Assembly (NCBI GenBank): GCA_023511835.1
Contig: JAIMAT010000005.1
Location: 2,049-66,048, forward strand
Origin: Bacillota bacterium
GTDB lineage: Bacteria > Bacillota > Sulfobacillia > JAIMAT01
Reading direction: 5' to 3'
DNA length: 64,000 nucleotides
Part shown: piece by piece, positions 28,898-38,047 of the stretch
Layout of the letters: every line of letters starts with the position of its first letter
Position numbering within the stretch: the stretch's first letter is position 1
Program-made: the position numbers and the translations under genes
The notes under the pieces: generated by a model
Seen by the model: the letters and a program-made list of their open reading frames with translations, nothing else
The model's database searches: none
What the model was told of the DNA's origin: nothing

Positions 28898-29731
28898 ATG
28901 GAGCCCGCTTGGGAGCGGCTGGCCTGGCTGGCGACGCTGGCCTTCCTGGGCGGCGTGCTGCTCAAGCTCAACCAGCTGACCGGCTTCCCCTTCTTCCAGA
29001 TGTTCGGCCTCTGGGCGCTGATCGGGGCGATGCTCCTGGCCAGCCGCTGGTGGGAGCGCCGCCAGGCCGCCCGGGCCGAGGCGGCGGCGCTGGCGAGCCT
29101 GCGCGCGCGGCTGCCTTCCGGCTCCCGTCTCCTCCGCCGGCGGGCGCGGCGGCGGGGCGGGGAGGCGGCGGCCGACCTGTTGCTGCTCGCGCCGGCCGGG
29201 GTGGGCCTCCTGGTCTACGAGGAGTCGGCCGAACACCGGCGACGGGGCGGTGCCGCGCGGGCGCTGGCGGCGGCACGGCGGCGGGCGCTGGCGGCGGCCG
29301 GGCGTGCGGAGGTGCTTCTGGCCGCCCTGCCGGGGGGCTCCGCGGGCCTGCTGGTCCGGGCGGGAGTGCTCCTCCTGCGCCGGCGGGCGCGCGAGGAGGA
29401 GGCGGCGGCTGCCGCCCGCGAGGCGCCCGGGGGGGAGAGGGAGGTCCGCTTCCTCAACCCGGAGGGGGTGGAGGCCTGGCTGGAACCGCTCCTGGCGAGC
29501 GAGGCCTGGGGCCCGGAGGCGCGTGCCGCCTTTGCGCGGCTCTGGCGGGAGGAGGCGGAGGGCGAGTCGGCGCGCCGGCCGGTTGTGGCGCCGGCGGGCG
29601 CGCCGGGCGTGGAGCCGGTGGGAGCGGACGGTCCGCCCACCCTGGCGGGCGGCGCCGAGGAGCGGGAGCGCCGCCAGGGGCGGGAAGAGCGGCTTCCCGT
29701 GGACGCGGGCTCCCGGGCGACGGGGGGATAA
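28898..29731 (+). CDS. Hypothetical membrane protein (2 TM) with a possible degenerate NERD-like cytoplasmic domain
   Basis: GGAG RBS + ATG; two TM helices; ADLLLLAPAGVGLLVYEE loosely resembles the NERD core (IDhlvigp.GvfviE.K) but lacks the Lys. Confidence 0.5.
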   Translation: MEPAWERLAWLATLAFLGGVLLKLNQLTGFPFFQMFGLWALIGAMLLASRWWERRQAARAEAAALASLRARLPSGSRLLRRRARRRGGEAAADLLLLAPAGVGLLVYEESAEHRRRGGAARALAAARRRALAAAGRAEVLLAALPGGSAGLLVRAGVLLLRRRAREEEAAAAAREAPGGEREVRFLNPEGVEAWLEPLLASEAWGPEARAAFARLWREEAEGESARRPVVAPAGAPGVEPVGADGPPTLAGGAEERERRQGREERLPVDAGSRATGG

Positions 29732-29734
29732 GGG

Positions 29735-30163
29735 ATGGCGTACACCATCGTCGAGAAGTGCATCGGCTGCTCCGCCTGCGAGAAGGTCTGCCCCACCGAG
29801 GCCATCTGGGGCAGGCAGCGCGAACTCTTCCACATCGATCCCGAGCTGTGCATCGACTGCGGGGCCTGCGCCAGGGTCTGCCCGGTGCAGGCGATCCACG
29901 ACGCCAGCGGCTATTTTCCGCCGCGCATCGCACGGCGCGCCGACTGGCCGAAACCCGTGATCGACCCCGATCTCTGCTCGGGCTGCACCTTCTGCGTCGA
30001 CATCTGCCCGTTCGACTGCCTGGAGATCGAGGGGGGCTCCATGTTCGGCACGGCCAAGCTGGTGCGGCCCAACGCCTGCGTCAGCTGCGGCGAATGCGAG
30101 GAGGTCTGCATCAAGGGCGCCATTGTGGTGCCCGGCGTGCGCCGGCGCGGGCAGGTAGCCTGA
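29735..30163 (+). CDS. Polyferredoxin with four [4Fe-4S] motifs
   Basis: CIGCSACEKVCP, CIDCGACARVCP, CSGCTFCVDICP, CVSCGECEEVC. Confidence 0.92.
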   Translation: MAYTIVEKCIGCSACEKVCPTEAIWGRQRELFHIDPELCIDCGACARVCPVQAIHDASGYFPPRIARRADWPKPVIDPDLCSGCTFCVDICPFDCLEIEGGSMFGTAKLVRPNACVSCGECEEVCIKGAIVVPGVRRRGQVA

Positions 30164-30194
30164 GCCGCCCGCCCGCGCCGTCCGTCCGTGCCGT

Positions 30195-30986
30195 TTACTC
30201 CGGCTCGAGGGCCGGGGCCCTGGCCTGGTTCCGGCGGTAGACGATCTCCAGGCCGGCCAGCGTCAGGAAGGGGTCGACCCGCTGGATGCACTCGCTCTCC
30301 GACGCCACCAGCTCGGCGTAGCCCCCCGTTGCCACCACGGCCGTCTCTTGCCCCAGCTCGCGCTGGATCCGCCGCACCAGGGCGTCCACCTGTCCGGCGA
30401 AGCCGAAGAGGATGCCCGACTGCATCGAGTGGACGGTGTTCCGCCCGATGACGCGGGGCGGCCGGACCAGCTCGACGCGCGGAAGCTTGGAGGCGTGTTC
30501 GAAGAGCGCCTCGGTGGAGATGCCGATGCCGGGCGCGATGACGCCGCCCAGGTAGCTTCCGCCGGCGTCCACCACGTCGAAGGTGGTGGCGGTGCCAAAG
30601 TCGACCACGATGACCGGGCCGCCGTACTTCTCGTAGGCGGCGACGGCGTCGACGATGCGGTCGGCGCCCACCTCGCGCGGGTTCTCGTAGCGGATGGGCA
30701 TGCCGGTATGCACCCCGGGGCCCACCACCAGCGGCTCCACGTGCAGTTCCTGGCGCAGGAAGCGTTCCAGGGCGGCCAGGGCGGGCGGGACGACGCAGGC
30801 GACGGCGGCCCCGTCCACCTCCTCCGGCCGCTCGCCGGAGCGGTCGAAGAGCACCTGGAGCACCACCGCCCACTCGTCCGACGTCCGCTCCGGGCGCGTC
30901 GAGACGCGCCAGTGGCGGACCAGCTGGCGCCCGCGGTAGAGGCCCAGCATGGTGGTCGTGTTGCCGACGTCAAGCGCGAGTAACAT
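30195..30986 (-). CDS. coaX: Type III pantothenate kinase
   Basis: LDVGNT, EVGADR, VVDFGTATT, GGVIAPG, IGRNT..SMQSG, VATGG. Confidence 0.95.
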   Translation of the reverse strand: MLLALDVGNTTTMLGLYRGRQLVRHWRVSTRPERTSDEWAVVLQVLFDRSGERPEEVDGAAVACVVPPALAALERFLRQELHVEPLVVGPGVHTGMPIRYENPREVGADRIVDAVAAYEKYGGPVIVVDFGTATTFDVVDAGGSYLGGVIAPGIGISTEALFEHASKLPRVELVRPPRVIGRNTVHSMQSGILFGFAGQVDALVRRIQRELGQETAVVATGGYAELVASESECIQRVDPFLTLAGLEIVYRRNQARAPALEPE

Positions 30987-31758
30987 TCTCCACCTTCGCC
31001 TCCACGGTGCCGCCGGCGGCGGCCACCAGCCCGCTCCGCCTCAGCCCGCGGTAGACGGCCACGGTCAGCACCATGGCCACCAGCGCCTCCGGCAGCCCCT
31101 GCACCACGGCGATGCCCAGCGAGAGCTGCCAGGGCAGGTAGCCGCGCAGCGTGACCAGCCCCAGCACGCCCACGGTGTTGGTCAGGCTCCCGGCGAGCGC
31201 CGCCAGCGCCGGCCCCACGTCACGCTGGCGGAGCCAGCGCAGCACCAGCCAGGCGCTGGCCGCGGCCACCGCCAGCGAGGCGACCAGGCCCGCGGGGGTG
31301 ACCCCCGGGTAGGGGGAGCGGACCGAGGTGGGCAGGCCCCCCGCCAGGCGGTAGGTGGCGTCGCCCAGCGCCAGCGCCACCAGCGCCGCCACCGCAGCGC
31401 GACCGGCGCGGTGGCGGGCCGCCCGGAAGGCCGCCCAGGCCACCAGACCGATGAGGATGCGCGGCACGAAGGCCACCAGGGGGTCGCTGAACATCACCCG
31501 GGCCACCGGGTTGGCGGCGTGGGTGAGCGCCTGCCAGTAGCTGAAGGTGCCGAAGAGAAAGCCGGCGACCGCGCCGGCCAGCGGGCCCTCGGCCAGGGCC
31601 GCCAGGATGACGGGGATGTGGATGGTGGTGGCCGAGCCCGCGGGCGTCGGTACCGGGATGAAGCCCAGCGGGGTCATGCCCAGGACGACAACCAGCGCGC
31701 CCATGAGGGCGGTGACGACCATGCTGCGGGTGCGGGAGCGGCGCTCTGCCACGTGCAC
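30970..31758 (-). CDS. panT: ECF transporter S component, probably pantothenate-specific (PanT-like)
   Basis: TPLGFIPVP..SATTIHIPVILAA..EGP, PRILIG, GSLTNTVGVL, GLPEALVA; translationally coupled to coaX. Confidence 0.78.
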   Translation of the reverse strand: MHVAERRSRTRSMVVTALMGALVVVLGMTPLGFIPVPTPAGSATTIHIPVILAALAEGPLAGAVAGFLFGTFSYWQALTHAANPVARVMFSDPLVAFVPRILIGLVAWAAFRAARHRAGRAAVAALVALALGDATYRLAGGLPTSVRSPYPGVTPAGLVASLAVAAASAWLVLRWLRQRDVGPALAALAGSLTNTVGVLGLVTLRGYLPWQLSLGIAVVQGLPEALVAMVLTVAVYRGLRRSGLVAAAGGTVEAKVENVTRA

Positions 31759-31926
31759 GGGGATCCCTCCGTTCCGGCTCCGCCTCCGCGGATGCCGTTC
31801 GTCGGACTGGCGGCGGCCCGGGTCGCGCGGCCTCGCGGTGCGAGCCGGCGGCTTCCGCCCGCGCCTGCGAACCGGGCCGATTCAGTATAAGCGCCCCGCC
31901 CCCACCGCGGGAAGCGGAGCCTCCCT

Positions 31927-32379
31927 TCAGCGGAAGAGGCGGGCCACGAGGGCGGTGATGCCGGCGGCGATGAGCGGGCCGGTCGGCACGCCGCCCACCA
32001 GCACGCCGGCGATGGAGCCGGCGATCAGGCCGACCATGACCGAGGGCTGGCGGGCGAGGAGCTCCACGCCGTCCTTGGCGACATAGGCGGCGGCCGCGCT
32101 GACCAGCACCGCCACCAGGCCGGCCGGACGCAGCAGCTCGGCGAAGAAGGCGCCCAGCGGGATCCTCCCGTCGGCCACCGGGACCAGGATGGCCAGGATG
32201 AGCAGGAAGATGCCGGCGCTGATCCCGTAGCGGCCCAGCCAGCCCAGCAGCGGGGTCGCCCCGGCCAGGCGGAGCAGGATGAGGACGGCGGCCGAGCCGG
32301 CCAGGAGGCTGTTTCGGGCCAGGAGTCCCAGGGCCAGGAGAAGGAGGAGGATGAACAGCGGTTCCGACTCTCCGAGCAC
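31927..32379 (-). CDS. DUF441-family membrane protein
   Basis: GLLARN.LLA, GI.AGIFLL.LAILVPVA.GRI, GIAGVLVGGVPTGPLIAAG. Confidence 0.8.
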   Translation of the reverse strand: MLGESEPLFILLLLLALGLLARNSLLAGSAAVLILLRLAGATPLLGWLGRYGISAGIFLLILAILVPVADGRIPLGAFFAELLRPAGLVAVLVSAAAAYVAKDGVELLARQPSVMVGLIAGSIAGVLVGGVPTGPLIAAGITALVARLFR

Positions 32380-32617
32380 CCTCTCGCCCCCCAGGGCGGG
32401 AGCAACCCGCCCAGCCCCGTGTTATTCGACCGGGCCCGAAATATGCCGCGGGCCAAGAGGAGCGCGGCCCGGCGCCGGGGAGGGGCGCGCCCGCGGTGCG
32501 GTCGGGCGCGCCGCACCTCGGTCAAGCGGCGGCGAATACCCTGCTCCCGCGGCGCGGGGAGCCGGCGCTTCCGCCCGAGGCGCGGCCGCGGCGCCCCCGC
32601 CGGGAGGAGGGGAGAGC

Positions 32618-33457
32618 GTGCACGAACGAGGCTGGTCGGAGATCTTTCCCTATCCCGTCCAGGGCCGGAGACCGAAGCCCCGCGAGCAGGGGCTGACCAT
32701 GGTCATCGACAAGGGGCTCGGCCTTCGGGCGACGCAGGATCTGCTGGAGATGGCGGCGGACGCCATCGACGTCATCAAGCTGGCCTTTGGGACGCCGGTG
32801 CTCTACCCGGCCGAGCGGCTGCGCGAGAAGGTGCACCTCATCCAGAGCTACGGGATCCCCGCCTACCCGGGCGGGACGCTTCTGGAGGTGGCCGTGGTCC
32901 AGGGACGCTTTCAGGACTTCCTGGACGAGGCGGAACGGATCGGCTTCCGGCGCCTGGAGGTCTCCGACGGGACCATCCCCATGACACCCGACGTGCGCGC
33001 GGAGATCATCCGCCTCTGCCGCGAGCGCGGCTTCGAGGTGGTCAGCGAGGTGGGCAAGAAGCATCCCGCCGACCGGGTCCCCTCCACCAACCTGGTGGAG
33101 CAGGTGGCCGCCGACCTCGAGGCGGGGGCCAGCCACGTGATCATCGAGGGGCGCGAGTCGGGCAAGGGCGTGGTCATCTACCAGGAGGACGGCTCCATCG
33201 ACGACGACGAGCTGGAGTACATCACCCGCCACGTGCCCGACCTGAGCCGGCTGATCTGGGAGGCGCCGCTCAAGTCCCAGCAGCAGGACCTCATCCTGCG
33301 CTTCGGGCCCAACGTCAACCTGGGCAACGTCCATCCCGAGGACGTGCTCGCCTGCGAGGCGCTGCGCGTCGGCCTGCGCGGCGACACGCTCAGGGACGCG
33401 CTCCTCCGCCATCCGGAGCGCTTCCCCTTCCCCTACCTGCTGGAGCGCGAGGGGTGA
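32618..33457 (+). CDS. comA: Phosphosulfolactate synthase (ComA/YitD)
   Basis: KPREQGLTMVIDKG, IDVIKLAFGT, YPGGTLLE, LEVSDGT, VSEVGKK, VIIEGRESG, WEAP.KSQQ, NVNLGNV, EALR.GLRGDT. Confidence 0.92.
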   Translation: MHERGWSEIFPYPVQGRRPKPREQGLTMVIDKGLGLRATQDLLEMAADAIDVIKLAFGTPVLYPAERLREKVHLIQSYGIPAYPGGTLLEVAVVQGRFQDFLDEAERIGFRRLEVSDGTIPMTPDVRAEIIRLCRERGFEVVSEVGKKHPADRVPSTNLVEQVAADLEAGASHVIIEGRESGKGVVIYQEDGSIDDDELEYITRHVPDLSRLIWEAPLKSQQQDLILRFGPNVNLGNVHPEDVLACEALRVGLRGDTLRDALLRHPERFPFPYLLEREG

Positions 33458-34406
33458 GGCGGGAACGGCGGGAGCGCGGCCCCGCGGGGCCGGCCCCGCC
33501 CCCCGGCAGCCGCCGGGCCAGCTCGCCCAGCACGCGGCGCTCGACTGCGGCCAGCGCCTCACGACTCCAGCCGGCCACGTGCGGCGTCAGCAGCACCCGA
33601 GGGTGGCCGGCCAGGGGGTCGGGTTCGCGGAGCGGCTCCTCGCGCACGTCGAGCGCGGCCGCCGCCGGGCGGCCGCGCTCCAGGGCGGCGAGGAGCGCCT
33701 CTTCGTCCACCAGGGCGCCGCGGGCGGTGTTGACCAGGAGCGAGCCGGGCCGGAGGAGCGCGAGCCTCCCCGCGTCCAGCAGGTGATAGGTCTCGGCCGT
33801 CAGGGGCAGGTGGAGGCTGACCACGTCGGAGCGGCCCAGCAGCTCCTCAAGGCCGCTCCACGCCACCCCTGGCGGGGCGGGGACCGGATGCCGGGGAGGG
33901 AGGGCCAGGACGCGCATACCCCAGGCCAGCGCCCGGGCGGCCACCCGGCGGCCCACCGCCCCGAAGCCGACCACGCCCCAGGTGCGGCCCGCCAGCTGGC
34001 GGCCGGCCATGGCGAGGCGCTCCGCCGGCCCGGCGCGGCTCCGGCCGAGCGCCCGTTCCAGGTGGCGGCTGGCGGCCAGGGCGAGGAGCCAGGTGAAGTC
34101 GGCCGTCGCCTCGGCGTTAAGAGCGGGCGCGGAGACCACCTCGACCCCCAGGCGGCGCGCCGCCTCCAGGTCGACGTTGTCCAGGCCGCTGCCGAGCCGG
34201 GCGACGAGGCGGAGCGGAGGCGTCAGCGCCTCCAGCAGGGCCTCCTCCACCCGCGTCCGGTTCCGCACCACCAGCGCCCACGGGCGCTCGCCGGCCGGGG
34301 GGCGACCGCCCTCGAGCCTCCCGCCGGCCACGTAGACCGCCTCGTCCAGGCGGCGCAGCGAGTGCCAGAAGAAGGCCGAGACCGGCTCGGTCACCCAGAC
34401 CGCCAT
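33390..34406 (-). CDS. D-isomer-specific 2-hydroxyacid dehydrogenase (SerA-like catalytic core)
   Basis: RLGSGLDNVD, GVVGFGAVG, SLHLPLT.ET, VNTARG, TPHVAG. Confidence 0.82.
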   Translation of the reverse strand: MAVWVTEPVSAFFWHSLRRLDEAVYVAGGRLEGGRPPAGERPWALVVRNRTRVEEALLEALTPPLRLVARLGSGLDNVDLEAARRLGVEVVSAPALNAEATADFTWLLALAASRHLERALGRSRAGPAERLAMAGRQLAGRTWGVVGFGAVGRRVAARALAWGMRVLALPPRHPVPAPPGVAWSGLEELLGRSDVVSLHLPLTAETYHLLDAGRLALLRPGSLLVNTARGALVDEEALLAALERGRPAAAALDVREEPLREPDPLAGHPRVLLTPHVAGWSREALAAVERRVLGELARRLPGGGAGPAGPRSRRSRLTPRAPAGRGRGSAPDGGGARP

Positions 34407-34426
34407 GCTCTCCCCCGGGGAGGAGT

Positions 34427-35365
34427 CTATGCGGCCGCCTCCCAGTCGCGGAGTCCGAAGAGCCTGGCGGCGTTGCCCCCCAGGAAGAGGCGGATCGACT
34501 CCTCCGGCCAGCGCAGGTAGCGGACGGCGCGCAGCTGGTCGGCCAGGTAGCGTTCCACGAAGCCGCGCGGGAACCAGCTGGAATCGGTGCCGAAGAGGAT
34601 GCGCTCCGGGCCCAGCATCTCGTAGGCCTTCTGCAGGAGGGACTCCAGGGTGAGCGGGTAGGGCATCCAGCGCATCCACTGGTTCGAGCCCGAGGTGTCC
34701 ACATAGACGTTGGGCAGGCTCCAGCAGAGCTGGAGCAAGTCCTGCCAGTAGCCGGCGCCGAAGTGGGGGATGATGAAGGGGATGTCCAGGAACTCCCTCG
34801 CCACCGGCCAGATGGTGAGCGGGCTCATGCGCGGCGCGTAGACGATGCCGCCCGCGTGGCCCAGCAGGCCGAAGTGGATGAGCACCGGGATGCGCCGCTC
34901 GGCCAGGTATTTCCAGATCGGGCGCAGCGACGGATCCTCGAACGGGACGGGCATGCGCGGCCCGAACATCTTGTAGCCCACGAAGCCGTACTCCTCCACC
35001 CCGCGGCGAAGCTGCTCCAGCGCGTCGGGAGCGGTGGGGTCGTGGTGGACCATGCCCAGGAAGCGATCGGGATGGCGCCGGACCACCTCCGCCAGGCGCT
35101 CGTTGCCACCGCCGGTGACGAAGGTGATGCGGTCGACACCGTGACGGTCCAGATCCTCCACCCAGCGGTCGGCCAGGCGCGCCGCCTCCTCCGGCGTGGC
35201 GGGCGCGGGCTCGGGCGGTCCGGGGAACTGCCACTCCTCGCGCATCCGCCGGTCGCGCTCCCGGGCGTAGGCGGCCAGCGCGGGATGCTCGGGGCCGGTG
35301 GAGGGCCACCGGCCGTAGACGAAGTGGGCGTGGACGTCCAGGATGCGGAAGCCTTGGTAGGCCAC
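34427..35365 (-). CDS. Amidohydrolase_2 family metal-dependent hydrolase
   Basis: DVHAH, GYKMF, PVLIHFG, IIPHFG, NVYVDTS, LFGTDS, GNAARL. Confidence 0.85.
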   Translation of the reverse strand: MAYQGFRILDVHAHFVYGRWPSTGPEHPALAAYARERDRRMREEWQFPGPPEPAPATPEEAARLADRWVEDLDRHGVDRITFVTGGGNERLAEVVRRHPDRFLGMVHHDPTAPDALEQLRRGVEEYGFVGYKMFGPRMPVPFEDPSLRPIWKYLAERRIPVLIHFGLLGHAGGIVYAPRMSPLTIWPVAREFLDIPFIIPHFGAGYWQDLLQLCWSLPNVYVDTSGSNQWMRWMPYPLTLESLLQKAYEMLGPERILFGTDSSWFPRGFVERYLADQLRAVRYLRWPEESIRLFLGGNAARLFGLRDWEAAA

Positions 35366-35504
35366 CGGATCACCTCCTGAAAAGCCTTGCGGAAGCCGGC
35401 CTCCCGCCGGGCGGGAGGCGCGGGCGGCGGGAGTGGAGGAGGAGGGGGCGCGCCGCGCCCTCGAAGGGCGCGGCCGTCCCCGGGGACGGCCGCGCCGGAA
35501 GCTC

Positions 35505-36269
35505 TCAGGCGCCCTTCAACTTGCTCGCCAGCCAGCGCGAGAAGCCGCGGGCGATGGTCTGGCGGTTGGCCTCGGCGATGGCGGTGGTCAGCGGGATCCC
35601 CTTCGGGCAGGCGCGGACGCAGTTCTGGGCGTTGCCGCAGCCGGTCACCCCGCCCGCCTCCATCAGCGCGTCCAGCCGCTCGGCCGCGTTGTAGCGGCCC
35701 GTCGGGTGGGCGTTGAAGAGGACTACCTGGGCGATGGGCTGCGCGCCGATGAAGTCCGACTGCGGCCCGTAGTTGGGGCAGACCTCCAGGCAGACGCCGC
35801 AGGTCATGCAACGCGAGAGCTCGTAGCGCCAGGACTGCTCCGCGTCCGAGATGCGCGGCCCGGGCCCCAGCGGGTAGGTGCCGTCGATGGGGATCCAGGC
35901 CTTGACGCGCTTCAGGTTCTCGAACATGCGCGTCCGGTCGACGATCAGGTCGCGCACCACCGGGAAGGAGTGCATCGGCTCCAGCGTTACCGGCTCCTCC
36001 AGGTGGTCGATGAGCGTGGAGCAGGCCTGCCGGGCGCGGCCGTTGATCACCATGCTGCAGGCGCCGCAGACCTCCTCCAGGCAGCTCGACTCCCAGGCCA
36101 CCGGCGCCGTCGGCTTGCCGGCGCTGTTGACCGGGTTCCGCTGGATGGCCATCAGCGCGCTGATCACGTTCATCCCCGGCTCGTACGGGATCTCGAAGTC
36201 CTCCCAGTACGGGTCCGCCTCGGGGTTCTCCTGTCGCCGGACGTGCAGCTTGATGCTCTCCCGGGCCAC
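35505..36269 (-). CDS. sdhB: Succinate dehydrogenase iron-sulfur subunit
   Basis: SCLEEVCGACSM, ACST, RCMTCGVCLEVCP, CGNAQNCVRACP; GTG after GGAGGGTGG. Confidence 0.96.
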   Translation of the reverse strand: MARESIKLHVRRQENPEADPYWEDFEIPYEPGMNVISALMAIQRNPVNSAGKPTAPVAWESSCLEEVCGACSMVINGRARQACSTLIDHLEEPVTLEPMHSFPVVRDLIVDRTRMFENLKRVKAWIPIDGTYPLGPGPRISDAEQSWRYELSRCMTCGVCLEVCPNYGPQSDFIGAQPIAQVVLFNAHPTGRYNAAERLDALMEAGGVTGCGNAQNCVRACPKGIPLTTAIAEANRQTIARGFSRWLASKLKGA

Positions 36270-36295
36270 GGAACCACCCTCCGATCGTTCCGATT

Positions 36296-38035
36296 TCAGT
36301 CGTATTTGCGCGGGCGGGGCGGGATGAGCGAGGTGTCGACGGCCTCGTAGCTGAACTTCGGCCCGTCCGGCGTGAAGGTGGCGATGGTCGTCTTCAGCCA
36401 GTGCTCGTCGTCCCGCTGCGGAAACTCGGGCTTGTAGTGGGCGCCGCGGCTCTCGTTCCGGTTGAGCGCGCCCAGCGTGATCGCCCGCGCCAGCTGCAGC
36501 ATGTGGTAGAGGTGGGCGGTGAACTGGACCGACTGGTTGGTCCAGCGGCCCGCGTCGGGGGTGCCGATCCGCTCCCAGCGCTCCAGCAGCTCCTGGAGCT
36601 TGGCGTCGGTCTCGCGCAGACGGTCGTTGTAGCGGACCACCGTCACGTTGTCCGTCATCACCTGGCCCAGCTCCTGGTGGATGCGGTACGGGTTCTCCTT
36701 GCCGTCCATGCGGTAGATCCGCTCGTACCGCTCCTCCACCCGCTTCCTCTCCGCCTCGAAGAGGCTCTCGGGCAGGTCCCAGGCGTCCTGGTCGAGCCCC
36801 TCCAGGTGCTTCTGGATGGTCGGGACGACGGTCATGCCGTCGTAGATGCAGGAGAGGAGCGAGTTGGCGCCCAGCCGGTTGGCGCCGTGGTGCTGGTACT
36901 CCGCCTCCCCGGCGGCGAAGATGCCCGGCACCGAACTCTGCATCCCGTAGTCCACCCAGAGCCCGCCCATGTTGTAGTGGACGGTGGGGAAGACCTTCAT
37001 CGGCACCTTGCGCGGGTCGTCGCCGACGAACTTCTCGTAGATCTCCAGCACGCCGCCCAGCTTCCTCTCCAGCACCTCGGCCGGGATGTGGGTGACGTCC
37101 AGGTAGACCATGTTCTTGCCGTCGATGCCCAGGTGCTGGTTGACGCAGACGTCGAAGATCTCGCGCGTCGCGATATCCCGCGGCACCAGGTTGCCGTAGT
37201 GCGGGTACTTCTCCTCCAGGAAGTACCACGGCTTCCCGTCCTTGTAGACCCAGACGCGGCCGCCCTCCCCGCGGATGGACTCCGACATCAGCCGGTTCTT
37301 GTCCCCGCCGGGGATGGCGGTGGGATGGACCTGGATGAACTCGGGGTTGGCGTACTTCAGCCCCTGCTGGTAGAGGATGCTGAGCGGCGCGCCGTCGTTG
37401 ATGATCGAGTTGGTGCTCTTGCCGAAGATGACGCCCAGCCCGCCCGTGGCGATGACCACGGCGTTGGCGCGGAAGGCGCGGATCTCCATGGAGTGCAGGT
37501 CCTGGGCGATGATGCCGCGCGCGATGCCGCGGTCGTCGATGACGGCGCCCAGGAAGTCCCACATCTCGTACTTCTGGACGCGCCCCTCCACCTCCCAGCG
37601 GCGCACCTGCTCGTCCAGCGCGTACATCAGCTGCTGGCCCGTGGTGGCTCCGGCGAAGGCGGTGCGGTGGAACTGCGTGCCGCCGAAGCGGCGGAAGTCG
37701 ATCAACCCCTCGGGCGTCCGGTTGAAGGGGACGCCCATGCGGTCGAACATGTAGATGATGTCGGGAGCCGCCTGGCACATGCCCAGCACCGGCGGCTGAT
37801 TGGCCAGGAAGTCGCCCCCGTAGACCGTGTCATCGAAGTGCTGCCAGGGTGAGTCGCCCTCACCCTTGGTGTTGACCGCCCCGTTGATCCCGCCCTGGGC
37901 GCAGACGGAGTGCGAGCGCTTCACCGGTACCAGCGAGAAGAGGTCGACCTGGAAGCCGGCCTCGGCGGCGCGGATGGTGGTCATCAGGCCGGCCAGGCCG
38001 CCCCCGACGACGATGATGCGGTTCTGCTTCGGCAA
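36296..38035 (-). CDS. sdhA: Succinate dehydrogenase flavoprotein subunit
   Basis: GGGLAG, RSHSVCAQGGING (covalent FAD His), QVHPT, VHYNMGG, HGANRLG.NSL, ESRGAH. Confidence 0.97.
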   Translation of the reverse strand: MPKQNRIIVVGGGLAGLMTTIRAAEAGFQVDLFSLVPVKRSHSVCAQGGINGAVNTKGEGDSPWQHFDDTVYGGDFLANQPPVLGMCQAAPDIIYMFDRMGVPFNRTPEGLIDFRRFGGTQFHRTAFAGATTGQQLMYALDEQVRRWEVEGRVQKYEMWDFLGAVIDDRGIARGIIAQDLHSMEIRAFRANAVVIATGGLGVIFGKSTNSIINDGAPLSILYQQGLKYANPEFIQVHPTAIPGGDKNRLMSESIRGEGGRVWVYKDGKPWYFLEEKYPHYGNLVPRDIATREIFDVCVNQHLGIDGKNMVYLDVTHIPAEVLERKLGGVLEIYEKFVGDDPRKVPMKVFPTVHYNMGGLWVDYGMQSSVPGIFAAGEAEYQHHGANRLGANSLLSCIYDGMTVVPTIQKHLEGLDQDAWDLPESLFEAERKRVEERYERIYRMDGKENPYRIHQELGQVMTDNVTVVRYNDRLRETDAKLQELLERWERIGTPDAGRWTNQSVQFTAHLYHMLQLARAITLGALNRNESRGAHYKPEFPQRDDEHWLKTTIATFTPDGPKFSYEAVDTSLIPPRPRKYD

Positions 38036-38047
38036 CGTCTCTCCCCC

